Origin: Phoronis australis
Lineage: Eukaryota > Animalia > Phoronida
Direction of reading: 5' to 3'
DNA: 64,000 nucleotides
Assembly (NCBI GenBank): GCA_002633005.1
Contig: NMRA01000373.1
Coordinates: forward strand, 300,275 to 364,274
Part shown: positions 26,181 to 38,313 of the stretch, one piece after another
Position numbering within the stretch: the first letter of the stretch is position 1
Layout of the letters: the number at the start of each line of letters is the position of its first letter
Made by a program: the position numbers and the translations under genes
The notes under the pieces: generated by a model
What the model saw: the letters and a program-made list of their open reading frames with translations, nothing else
Databases searched by the model: none
What the model was told of the DNA's origin: nothing

Positions 26181-29100
26181 CATTCTTTGAAGATTGGATT
26201 TGTTACATTCTTATTTTTATTAGTTGCTTGATATTTTATATTCGTTCACAATAAACGTCATATAACGTTGAGATACTTTTTAGTTAACAGTTTGTTTTTT
26301 TCAAGCTGTATTTACTGGTAAAACTACAGTTTTGACGGTTCCTCGCACTCTGTAATTCACAAGTCAGCATTTGTTCTTTGCTTGTGTAGACTGGGTCGAC
26401 GGGGTTCTGCGTCGTGGGTCAAGGGGTACGAGGGTCAATGGGGTCGAGAGTCGTGGGTCAAAAAATACTACTCCGCCCGGGGAGTTTGAGCATTCCGCCA
26501 GGTAGATTAATAATCCGTCCGGGCAGATTACTACCCAGTCCACAAGGACAGAGCACTAATCCGCACAGGCAGATTACCATGCCTGCCCTGGCAGATTAGA
26601 GTCCTAACTGAGTAACCGTAGAGAATAGTGCGTGAAGGAAAAATCTGAGGGTTTCATTTGAATCCAATCAGCTATTTCTGACATATGATTTTAAAAGTTA
26701 GTCAAATTTGGAAGTTTTTTGGCTACTCCTATTTGTGGGTATGTAGCATTTAAAACTGAAATGTCAGGATTTTATAGTTGCCGGAATTTAAATCCTACCG
26801 ATGTTTTAAACTCGCAAAAGCAATCCAGCTAGGTATCAACTCCTTTCGTGTTACATACTTTGTAAAATTGTATAGCGCATATTTTTCTTTCAAATAAAAG
26901 CCTTTCTCTCCCTGCCCCTTAGTCCTCCTCTTCCTCTTCTCTGACGTTTTTTAAAAAAAATCTTTTTGCCAGGGTCGGTGTCACGGGACTCTCACGTCGA
27001 TTCTATATCCAGCACAAACATATTTCGTGTGCTTCTGATGCTGGGTGGCTGGTCGTTTTGGACATGAGAGGTGAGTGTGCTGAGTGGAATAAAGACGTGC
27101 CTGGCACTCCGTGGTTCGCCTACAGCAAACTGACAAGAGGAGTCACGTGGTCCAACGCTTGGCGTAAGTCCTATTCATTGGTTACTATTTAGTATATCTG
27201 CACACAAACTTATCAAATTCACGGAGAACGTGACGTAATGCATAAAATTAGGGGGCGTTCCACAGACACAAGACACTCGTGATTAAAAGCTTGTGCAATA
27301 AACCACGTTCTTCGATCGCTTGTCAATAATGATACAAGGCAACATCTAGCGAGGACTTGCGTGATCTCGATTTTCTCGCAAGGAGTTTGCTCCAGGGAAC
27401 GCAACCCATTTTTGATAGCCCTTATGCCAAAAATGGCAAAAGCAGAACATTTTGAAAACAACCCCTTTACAACGTATTGGAGAACAATGTAATAGATGGG
27501 AATGCTTCGCATGAATCCGATGTGCCATTTCTGATATGACGCTACGAAGTTAGCCAAATTGAGACATTTTTCTAGGATCCTGTATAACATTAATTCATAA
27601 AGTAAACTTTACTAATCAATTATTTTGACATTTTAGGTAACGGTGAGGTGGGGTTCCCAGAGATTATGGCGATATTTTTGCAGTATCAACCGTAACGGGG
27701 ACGATTACAAAGTACTCCTGAATGGAAATGTTGCGCAACTAGTGAACCATTCCTTCATGATTTATTCTTTCTGAGCATGAAAAATTTTCTGTGTCACATA
27801 AACTGTAAATATCGTGTATACACTGACGATGTGGAAAGGAGACCGAACTATGGAACAGAGAAGTGAGATTATCAAGAGATATCAAGAGTTACCTCGTTCC
27901 AGCCCGGCTACAGGGCAAAGTCGGCTTTGTGCAGTCACGGTTCTGACTGCATTCACTTCAGAATCTTTAGTTTCTTTTAGAAAGCCCTGAGTTTACCAAC
28001 ATGGTAGGTGTTGCTCAGTGCTGCGCATTCGAACTATCACAAACGCGGACAGTGAGAATAGGCCCTACAATGTGTTGCCGTTATTCGTCGGACATCAACA
28101 TAAAATCAATAGTAGTCTGTCATTTGTCCATCGGAATTACGCAACTCTTGATTGTCCTACACCGTAATTGGTAATGGCTTGGGTTCATTGCTGGAGTCCA
28201 GCAGCTTTATTCACAGAATTGTTTTGGAACCAGCAACTTTGTTCAGAGAATTGTTTCTGAACAAGATGTAGCATTTTAGAGGAAGTTTGTGGGTTTTCAT
28301 GTTTTGAACTATCTCGCCCACTTTTCAAAAATCTGTGAGCTACCCTAGAATTCATATTGCTTGGTGAGAGGCTGCTGCTTGCTTAAAAAAATATCACAGA
28401 TACCCAGTGTTGGTAAGATACAACTTTGTTTCTTGATGTTTTACTATTAACTTTGTCTTTAGAAACAACTATTCTCAGTTCTTTGAATATTTGATTAACT
28501 CATAGAAATTGTTGTAACTACACGTTTGTACTAACTTTTGTTTGCCTGATTGTGAGCTGATATCAGACATGCAGTTTTCTGTATTTTAGTATGATGTATT
28601 TGGTACTTCAATTTGTATTATCTTTATTAATTGTTTCAGGTTTAACCGTATCAGAAAAAAAACGTATTGATATTCGTTTAGTACCGTATTAACCGTATCC
28701 GTATTGATATTCGTATCGTATCGTATCATAAATAACGTTTTATGAACCAAAGTGTTACGCTATTATTTTTATACGCGTGTAACCCGCTGGGTCAACAACA
28801 ACAACAAGAGAGACATCTAATGTGCGTGTGAATACGCGCTACAGTTTTGATGTAACATTTTATTTTGGCAAAATTTTTTAGATTGTGATTTCACTCAAAT
28901 GACTATCATTTAACGAAATATTGTTGGTAACTAAGTTATTATTTTATTATCACTTTGTATGAAGGGCAGTTTCAACGCATTGTGTTTGCTGAACTAAATG
29001 CGACGTAAGTGTGGGCGAATAAAATTCATCAAAGAGACCCCAGAAGTGATGTCGGCTCTGTGCTTTAGAGGTACCTTGGTCAAAGGTCAAACCGTGCAAA

Positions 29101-30139
29101 CCGGAAGACAAAGAAAACGAGGTCATAATCGAAAGGGACGTTATGGGATTTTTGACATCATCATGTATATGTAGGGCTTGGCAGTGTCCACCAGCCGGAG
29201 GTTCAATATCGGACGCTAAAAAGACATCATTTTGAAAACTTTCAGAATTCAACAGAACGAGAAAAAAGGTTAATTCCATTATTTTGTGCACACCAGCGCC
29301 ACGTATGGACGTGGAAGTTATCGCCCTTTGTTCTTTCATCCCTAAAACGATGTCGCTTATTTCTCTTAACCCACGAACGGGGCTAGGTAGCCTGAGTAAA
29401 CGACTTACTGACTTCTCGGAAATTCCTGGTAAACGTGAAGAATGCTGTTATGATTGACTCGGATCGACAACGTCGGAGTTCACAGTGACATTTTATGTTC
29501 GACACATGTCCCGAAAATGGTAGGAGCGTCTCAAGCTCCGTTTCGAGAGATGAAAAGGAGACCGTACATTACGTACATGTACCTTAATGACAAAGTTTAT
29601 CGTCGACTGCATTTCATGTATTGGGTAGTAAATAGCTAGTCCCGGCTATATCTCCACGCCAGTTCATCACAGCTTTGAGCAGTTCTTCGTTCAGTTGCTC
29701 AAGTCAGCAACTAGTGGCTATTTTTACATTGCATGCGCAGTTGTCGCGCCAGGAGCCGGTGCAGTGAAAAATGGTCATTTTCCGATTTGGTCAACTTAAC
29801 GAAGGACGACTCGAAAAAAATTGATTACGTAAGTATTAGGTCAAGTTGCCCGGAATTAAAGACATCGCCGACCTTCGATCTAAGGCCGTTCTCTATGCGT
29901 CAGAGGTACTTCTAGCAATGTAACTTGATCACTAAGAGGCATCATTTGCCGATGAAGCTTCCACGTTTGCAGCACCTGTAGCTATGATACCATGGGGCGC
30001 AGCATTGAAATAAGTGGGGGCTATAGCCCCCAGCCCCCAATGCTGTGCGCCATCCATATCCATGGGCGGCGCAACACTGAAATAAGTGGGGATCATAGTC
30101 CCCACAGCCCCCTACGATGCACCGCCCATGTATACTCTG

Positions 30140-30352
30140 CAGGAGTTTAGAGACATTTCCGTCTCTACTCAGTGTCCGAGTGCTTGGGCAGTCGAGGCAA
30201 CGGTATTGTCAACACCACCTGCCAGTACTATAGTTCCAAAGCTGGAGCACTATAATTTTGTAGTAATCGCCGATATCACCCGACCCGGAAATGGAACAAG
30301 CAACCCCGATACAACCGGCGCCAGCGAGCATGCTAACCATTCAGCAAGCGAG
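30140..30352 (-). mobile_element. Degenerate tRNA-derived SINE
   Basis: Minus-strand head gctgaatggttagcatgc...gttccatttccgggtcgg resembles A/B boxes. Confidence 0.3.
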
Positions 30353-33300
30353 TGGCTACATGTAATTAGGCCCGTAGCCAGGTTTGGGTATCCCCATGGA
30401 AAATGTCTAGCCCCAGCCTATCCGTTAAAAATGGGGTAAAGATGGACAACAAAAACAAAAGTGTTGCAGGTACTGGTACTACTAACTACAATGATGTCAA
30501 ATTCAGTAATAGGTAAATTTACTTCACGTATCATCATCAGGCCAGACCCGGTCAACTTCGCACGAATGGTGTTCGATGATGTGATCGTGCACTCAACGCA
30601 CATGATGGCTACAACCTAGGGTAACACAGGAGTCTGGAAGTAAATGTCTTCACCTAGCTAGGCTATGTAGCAGCAAGAGAGCTCCCAAAAAGTACTGCCG
30701 TGTAATCGACCAAAAAATAAAATATCAGAAAGGAGGTTTGTTATTTGCTATTTTGATAGTGGCAGAGCACTGGTACGGTGTAGTGCAGTAATTTTCCACT
30801 TTGGATGTGGATTAATGGATGACATGCGTTCTTTGAGAGCAACTGTCAGGGCATCCACATTTCTCAGGATAGTCCAGAACGGAACTGGAAGCCTTCCAGT
30901 GTTTGCTGCCCTGTACTGTGCTTCAAGTTTCACGCTCAAATACATGTAGACTGATGAAAACTACTGAAATCAAAAGAGTGGTTTATTTTGTTTGCTTTAC
31001 AAGCGTCAACATCCTGTGCGACCTAGCTTTCGATGAGTGGCATGCTATGTTTTCGTTCAACTATAAAACAACATTAAGGGATCAACTAAAATTTTCGAAT
31101 ATAATAAGATCCTTCGTCGTTATATCATTCTGTTTCTGTTGACGAACGATGTTATTATATCCGAAATTTTCTGTTGATCCATTATTGTTGTTTTATTTAC
31201 GTATATTTATTCCGTTCAGTAGCAATATAAAAGAAACCGAGATCGAGCCTAGTCCACATCGGAACCGACCCCTCAGGGTCTGCGGGGTTGAAACCGATCA
31301 ACTGCCGTCTGAAGATTAAAATTGCAATATGCTGCTCAATGACGACAAACATCTACGATCTCAAGTTATTAAGAAGTGATATGTTGGCTGTCAGACGATT
31401 GACGGTGGGATTGTTTAATAGGTAGCTATGCTTTGAGATTATGCATAGATGGAGAGTGAATAATCAAATCCAGTAATTAATTTATTATATGATAACCCCT
31501 AATTAGACAAGTGAAACCTATTGTTAATTAATTAATCAACTACAAAGAAGAGTAACTACGCTAGCGCCTTCTTTAAAGATTACTTTAATCAATCTATCAA
31601 AATAGTCGGCAAATATCTTATCAGCTATCCAAGCTACTATAGGACTCTCCACTTGTTGGACGTCTGTCCTGTTGGTGAATCTACGAACTACATGTACACA
31701 CACTGTATAAGAGGCACTGAACAGTTCTCATAGGGATTTGCCTATCAGAACACATGTCAATGGACTCTTCGGCCTTTCTTCACTCTGTCAAAAACTGCAT
31801 GCAAATAAAGAAAAGTATTGAGTCATTTCACATCACAATTCCTACAGATGAGCACAGAAACATTGTACTCTCTTGTATTTTTGACCCTTTCACTCCCAGT
31901 GGAAACCAAGCTGAACTAAGAAAAATAAGGGCAAAAAATGCAAAATCTGCACTTTTCACCCTAAAATCACCACTTCCCTGCCGATGCTCGACTAAAGCCA
32001 ACATTAGATTGCGAAAGCAAATTTCCTACCGATTCCAAAAATGTGGTACAAAAGTACTGTCAACCAACTAGTTTTTTTTTTGCAAATCTGGCTTGTTTGA
32101 GGGCTACCTGAAATCGCGGCCAATTTCTCAGTTGCTACACAGCAATGCACAATTGCAACAGGGGGCCACCATCTTGAAGAAGAGTGCAGCTACAGCCGAG
32201 AAAGTGGCCTTTTTTCATTCTCAGCATGTTCACAAATACAAACAAACCACATTCACTGAGCCTACATGCAATGTCCACCTACAAAATGCCCCCAAACTTG
32301 GCCTACCCCAAAATTTTAATATTTTGGCAGTGCAAATTGGCCGCGGCCGCAGCCTAACTATTCAGTGCCACCATAGCGACAGTGTACTTGCTGGTCACCG
32401 TCTCTGGTGATGCAACACTTGCAGGCAATTTCTTCTACTCGCGATTCTTCTTGCTGGTCACAGTCTCTGGCTGGTGACGCAACACTTCAGGTAGTATTTT
32501 ACTACCTACGATGCAAGTGACAAGCTCTTAGTTAACTTCCTGTTCGTTCACCCTTGCCCTTGCCAAGATCCTTTCTAGAATCTTCCACGAGATGGCTCTG
32601 TTGTAAAATTCATTATATTGTAACTGTAATAGTCATAATAAATGAACTTATATCGCCTACCTCCGTCTCCTTTTCATCTTTGGTAACGAGCTTACGACGC
32701 GCGTATCATTTACATGTATCTATTATTCGGGACATATGTCGATCATAAAATTGCCTCTGTACACTGTAGCAAGTCTTTATGTTTCAACTACTATAGCGCA
32801 TNTAGCATACGAAAGAGTGTGGTGTGTATACAGGGGTTTAAACATCTACCAAACATTGAAGAGCATAAGGAGCACCCACGGGGCGTAAAAACTTGAATAT
32901 CAGATGATTGCAACAGCCTCAAGCTGTTTAAGAATGAAGACCTGTACTGTTAGTCCGGAAATAAACTTGTTCTGTCTCGTTACGAGAAAAACTGGCGAAC
33001 GATGGTGCTCTCAGCTCATAGTCTATTACTAAAAGCAACAATAAACAATTAAGTATCACTTTATTAAGCTGAATCACGTTGACAACAATTGAAAAACGTC
33101 AAATGTATCAGGAAACAAATCATCTGAAAACAGTTCCACGAAACCAAAACACTCTGTAAGCCTACACCGTGGTAAAAAGATATACAGTAGTAGTTCGTAG
33201 AGGGACCAGTCTTATATTCTGATTTCGTAATATCAGAATATTACAAGATGTACACTGAGAGTACACAAGAACTGTGGCCTGGTCCGTCACGAGACCAAAA

Positions 33301-33539
33301 GTACACCTGTGTGCTTATTATCCTTATAAAAATAGTCGATCTGTAGCGGGACCAAACAGTACTGGTTGAGATAAATAGTTTAACAAAGCACACTTTGGTA
33401 AAAAACATCACAAGACTAGGTCGCCGAGGGACCAGAAGTACACTGAAACTCGATATCTACACAAATCAAGCTGGCCTGGTCCGTTGTGAGACCTGAAGCG
33501 TACTTTGCAAAAAATTCTGAATTGAAAGTTCTTTCTAGA

Positions 33540-35189
33540 CACGTTTTAATCCCCAGTGGTTGCTCGTATGTGTAGTTTACACATCTGGTGGTCAACTGCT
33601 GCGAGAGGTTGTCAAGGAAGGGTTTTCGCACCGTTCTGTAGTACTCACTGGAAGAAATAAGTATTGGGTACAGATTTAACTACGCACTACGTGAAATATG
33701 ATTTTGGATATGAAGCAGAGAGACTCATGTGGAAATACAAACCAGAATCAGTTTCTGTGCGCTCGTAGACCCTCTGGTGTACTGGGTAAATTTGGCACGT
33801 CTAAAAATAATTTCTATTTCGTTTTCATTGTACACAAGCATAAAAACCGACATTATTACAAACTGTGAATAATTATAACTTATTACCTGGGTGTTTCACC
33901 AGGAACGTTGGTCCTATCTTCCTGCTGTCTAGACTGCCGAGGATTCTGTACATCGGATCCAATGGTTTGCTTGTCTTAGAACCATTCTACCCAGACATCT
34001 TCGACGTTTGTTCCCAACGCTTGCACTTCGTCAACTGTTGTGTCAATGACCTTGTCGCAGCTCAGTTGGCACTAAGCCCCCTGAGGTTACCAAGTCCATT
34101 CAAAAGACTTAAACATGCGCAACTAAATTTGTTCCGTTCATCATGGACTACTTCAAACCTTGACGATGTATCCAAGGACCCATTTGCATCTTTTGCAACT
34201 TTCGAAATAAACGTCCCAATGTGTGAACGCTTGAAACCCGAAGTACTAACATCAAATAAATGCCCATGGGCATGGGCGTTTCGTCGGGTGGGCCTTTCTA
34301 CGGAAATTCCCAGTAGGGCCTATAGAAAACCTCACTGGTGCTTATTGCAGGTAGAAAGACGGTAGGCGGTTGAGGTCGGCATTAGAGCTCCTTAGAAGGC
34401 CCATTGAACATCGCACGAGTCCCGCAAGACTTTGTTGTGAAAATACAGCCTCCGCGCAATTTCTGGTACAGTACACTGTTCGCGAATGCGGTCACTTTGT
34501 TAATGTGAGTGCCCCCTTGGTCATTCCTTGTATAGTCATAACTTGTTAGAGTGCCATGATCTTCAAACAGACTCGCGACCAGACCACGGCGCCCGCCACA
34601 ATAGCAATTCTTCGGTAAACGAGTTTTTTTTCAAAAGTATTACATGTACACGTACACTGTATGATATTGCGCAAGACAACTTTACAATACACCAGTCAAA
34701 CGTGTGGGGTGTAATAGGATGACACGGCATGACAGATGAGGTAAAAACGTTGCCCATCAATTCGCCTGAATATCAGGGTTGCGGCACCACAGTATTTCCC
34801 CTAATCAAATCAAAACATATCTTAGAGTAAAAAAACTAGTTACCTAAAGAAATCAGCTATAGGGCTGCTTTTTAAGCGGTGGATGCTTGGCTACTTCAGA
34901 AGTGTCGTCGGAAGCCCGCGCACAATTGATCTGCGGGGTGTTGCCGATGAGCCACGAAGACTCGAAACGCGTTGATTTTCATAACAGCAATTCACAATGC
35001 AAAAAATATTTTTTCAGAGTGAACCCCCCTCCCCTCATTTTTTCCAAGTTGGTTTACTCGGGGTTTACACACGCTGGCGGTGCCGTTTTTGTTTTGGTGG
35101 AGACGTTTTTTTATTTTTTTTTTAATTTTTGGGTCCTGGCCCGAGGGGGGGGGTTTAAACCCCCTGAACCCCCCGTAGATCCGCCACTG
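33540..35189 (-). mobile_element. Degenerate hAT (Tip100/PRKRIR-like) transposon: 5' TIR at 35189 and intron-split transposase remnant
   Basis: Spliced reading PRQSRQQEDRTNVPGETP|SEYYRTVRKPFLDNLSQQLTTR matches the hAT 'R.N.P..TPEEYYR...PFLD.L...L..RF' motif; terminus gtagatccgccactg. Confidence 0.6.
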
Positions 35190-38100
35190 TCTAGAGTACT
35201 TTGACCCCAGAACCCCAAGTTGTAAACACCATTTAAAAATAGATTTTGACGTTAAAGTACATGTCAACAAGTCTGACCCGATGATTTAAAAGTACATACA
35301 TGTGTATGCACAAATTTTGGGCAACTTAAAATGGATCTATTCTTACTAATTACTTAATCAATATTTATTCTGACATTGGCACGTACATGTACGGATTATG
35401 ATATCGTGGACGCCACCGGTACATGTGACTGGCAATTAATTTTCACCGTAAATTCCTCACGATGAATATTAACATGAACGCAAGACCAACAATTACATCT
35501 GGACGTGTAGTGATTTTTGAGTGGTGCAGTGGTGTAGTTAGGAATATCGCCTCCCGGGACGCCATAACAAATTAGTGAGCGATCCCATCCGGGCCTCCAG
35601 CGATATCGCGGCGGTGCCCCCTCTTGGTCGCCTCCATGATTTTGTTTTGCCCGGCTCCCTAGCCGTTTGTGCTGAATTTGGACCCCACGGTGCTGCTCCG
35701 CCGACGTCGCAGGTCTAGCCACTGGGGATGTTTCAGTAACGGTGGCATGAGGTATAGAATCCTGACCGCTTTCGTTGTAGATGTATCTTTAAGGGAATAA
35801 AATCACCCATGCCATGATGATGTCAAACACGAAATATCATTTGCAAAAAGTGTTTTGAGCAGGCTTTTGTTTTACGATGCGCTATTCTCGTCAAACAGCA
35901 AGAATATTTGCCAGCCCCGTGAGTTCCAAGGTAAACCACATCTGTAGCACGATTCCTATGAAAATTTCGCTTACTTATCAAATCCGTCTACAGGGCGCCT
36001 TCTTCCGCCAACGCCAAATTAACATCCATACTACATGTACGTGCAAGAGGAGGCGTGCAGTCAATCTCACTCCCCGTTGGAGATAGGGTCGGGCACACTT
36101 TAGCACCCGCGAAAACCAGGCGTGCGACAAGCGCAGACAAAAACGCAAGATCACGCCAGACTTCGCGAGATGTCACCATCATGATGTGCAACTAGCGAAG
36201 AACGTGATCGCGCTAACCCTTTACAAGATCCTTAAATTTACGGAACTCAAACCTAGTTGATGAATTCAAGACTTAGGCCTCGTTTCAGCTTTTTTTGATT
36301 ATAAATTTCCTCGGTAACAATGCATTTTACATATTATCATTTTATGGCTACACTGACTAAATTTGAGATGAAATATCCAGTGAACTCGTTTTTAAACTGG
36401 GTCTCCACACTGATATAAATACGAGCATGGGCAGTGAGCCGTGGGAGTTGCCCTACACACACATTTTTGCTCGGTTGGTAAGAATTTCAAGAGAGAAGAT
36501 TCAACAACATATGCACTGCGTATTCACAAACGCAATTTTCATGTTCAAAATGTCGTGTTCAGTTTTTAAAATGATACACGGTACGTGTTTGCTAGGAAAC
36601 AAGTTGTGTCATTACTTTCATAAAAGCCAGCATGCGCGTTGAGGATTTTTTGCACCGAGCGATTAGAAGCACTTTAGGCTGTCCAAGTGGTGCTTTGTCG
36701 GAAATCAGCTAACCCTTTGTTCATCGAACGCCACCCTGTTGTTCTGAGTACTCACACTTTCTCAGTCTCACGTATACGTGTGTATAATGCAGTTACCGCT
36801 GAAGGGATCCCCGCGGTCAACCCGAAGTGGGTATATACTGTGAATATTTATCCCTCCGATAAATTTGCGAGAGATCAAGCTCGCAACATTTCAGCTCAGG
36901 CCGTCACCTAAGTTTCATGAATGCGGTCTGAAGAAATAACGAACTTTCAGTTCGTTTAACACCCAGACATCACAGTTGTTTTGACTACGGCATAATTTGA
37001 GACAAATTTTATGACGGTAAATAAGTTCAACCGAAACTTGTTTTTTACAGAAAGCACGGATTCGATGCCGATTTTATTCATACATTTGCCAAAGGAAGCG
37101 GTGGATTCCTAATCGTTCGAGCCTCGTAATTGTAGTCTGAGCGTACTCCGGTCGGCGACTTCGGCACAGATTCACTGGTGCCGCATTGTCTGAATTAATG
37201 GCATACAAGCAAACAAAAAAAAGCATTTCAATTACTATCACTATTTTCACAGAGATTATCGAACACTGTAATAATAAAATGGGTTCAAATCTCGTGGTGG
37301 ACGTGAGGGTTTTGCGTCTTGTGGTAGGGGCGTCGACCTAGTGCAGGCCTTCTACACTTTAACACATTTCTCATGTTTACCTTTGCCATTGGAAAATGTT
37401 GCTAAGTACATGTAAACACGACTCGTTCAAGGTCATATACTGTACGCCTGAGTGTGTTATCAGCGTGGTTATTGAATTCCTGCTGCTTTTACAATGATTA
37501 ACCTATACGCTGATAGTGGTATAGGCCGTTGGCACATTCGGCCATTTGTAACCTGAATAAAAGTTCTTAAAAATAAATAGAACATCGTAAATATATGCAC
37601 GCTAAATGCTTAAAACAGCTTTGAATTACGACAACGAAGCCTGCGAAATCAGCCTCCCGTTCAGTAACGCTAGGACCTCGCTAAAAAGCAAGACTTCACG
37701 AGATTACGTGAGATATTGCCGTGTATTTTAAATACGAACACGTGACTTTGACTAGATTTTAGCTAGGTCCTAGCGTAGGTCCTAGCGTCTACTGAACGCA
37801 CGCCAGGCTGAATTAAATATATACATGTACTAGCTACTAAAGTTTTTACCTGAATGGACGTTGGAGGCGGTAGACGCCAAGATGACCGTCATCAACAGCA
37901 AACCAACGACCTTCATTGTTGACTTATTTGATATCAACCTAAAATGAAAAAAAACATTCGCTTAAATCAGGTTTACTTCACTTGGTGTTTTTGTGTATAT
38001 TCTGTCAACTTTTAAAACTTATCATTTAAATAATTAATGCTAAATTGAATACACCAACGGTTTTGTAAACGGTTAAATCAAGCTTCACTTGCATTCTATT

Positions 38101-38236
38101 TCATAACTTGAACATTAGGTTTATTCAAGTATTAGCACATAGCGACGTATGCGCCTATAATTCCGTAAGCAGACGAAGCTTCCCATTGAAAAAGACTGTC
38201 CAGAAAATGTCGGCAAGAATACATCTTGATTGTGAA

Positions 38237-38313
38237 CCTCGCTGGTTCCCTGCGTGCCGCTAGGTGGTCGGTAGCCAGCATGTGCTGACTAGGCATGTAG
38301 GGAACCAGCGAGG
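38237..38313. mobile_element. 77-bp hairpin mini-element with 8-bp TSD
   Basis: attgtgaa|cctcgctggttccctgcgtgcc...ggcatgtagggaaccagcgagg|attgtgaa. Confidence 0.7.

Noticed and set aside
27637-27680. GNGEVGFPEIMAI resembling a calmodulin EF-hand exon
   Set aside because: Stop follows within a few codons and no other EF-hand exons were found; probably chance.
33865-34365. 166-aa plus-strand ORF
   Set aside because: Antisense shadow of the hAT transposase remnant.
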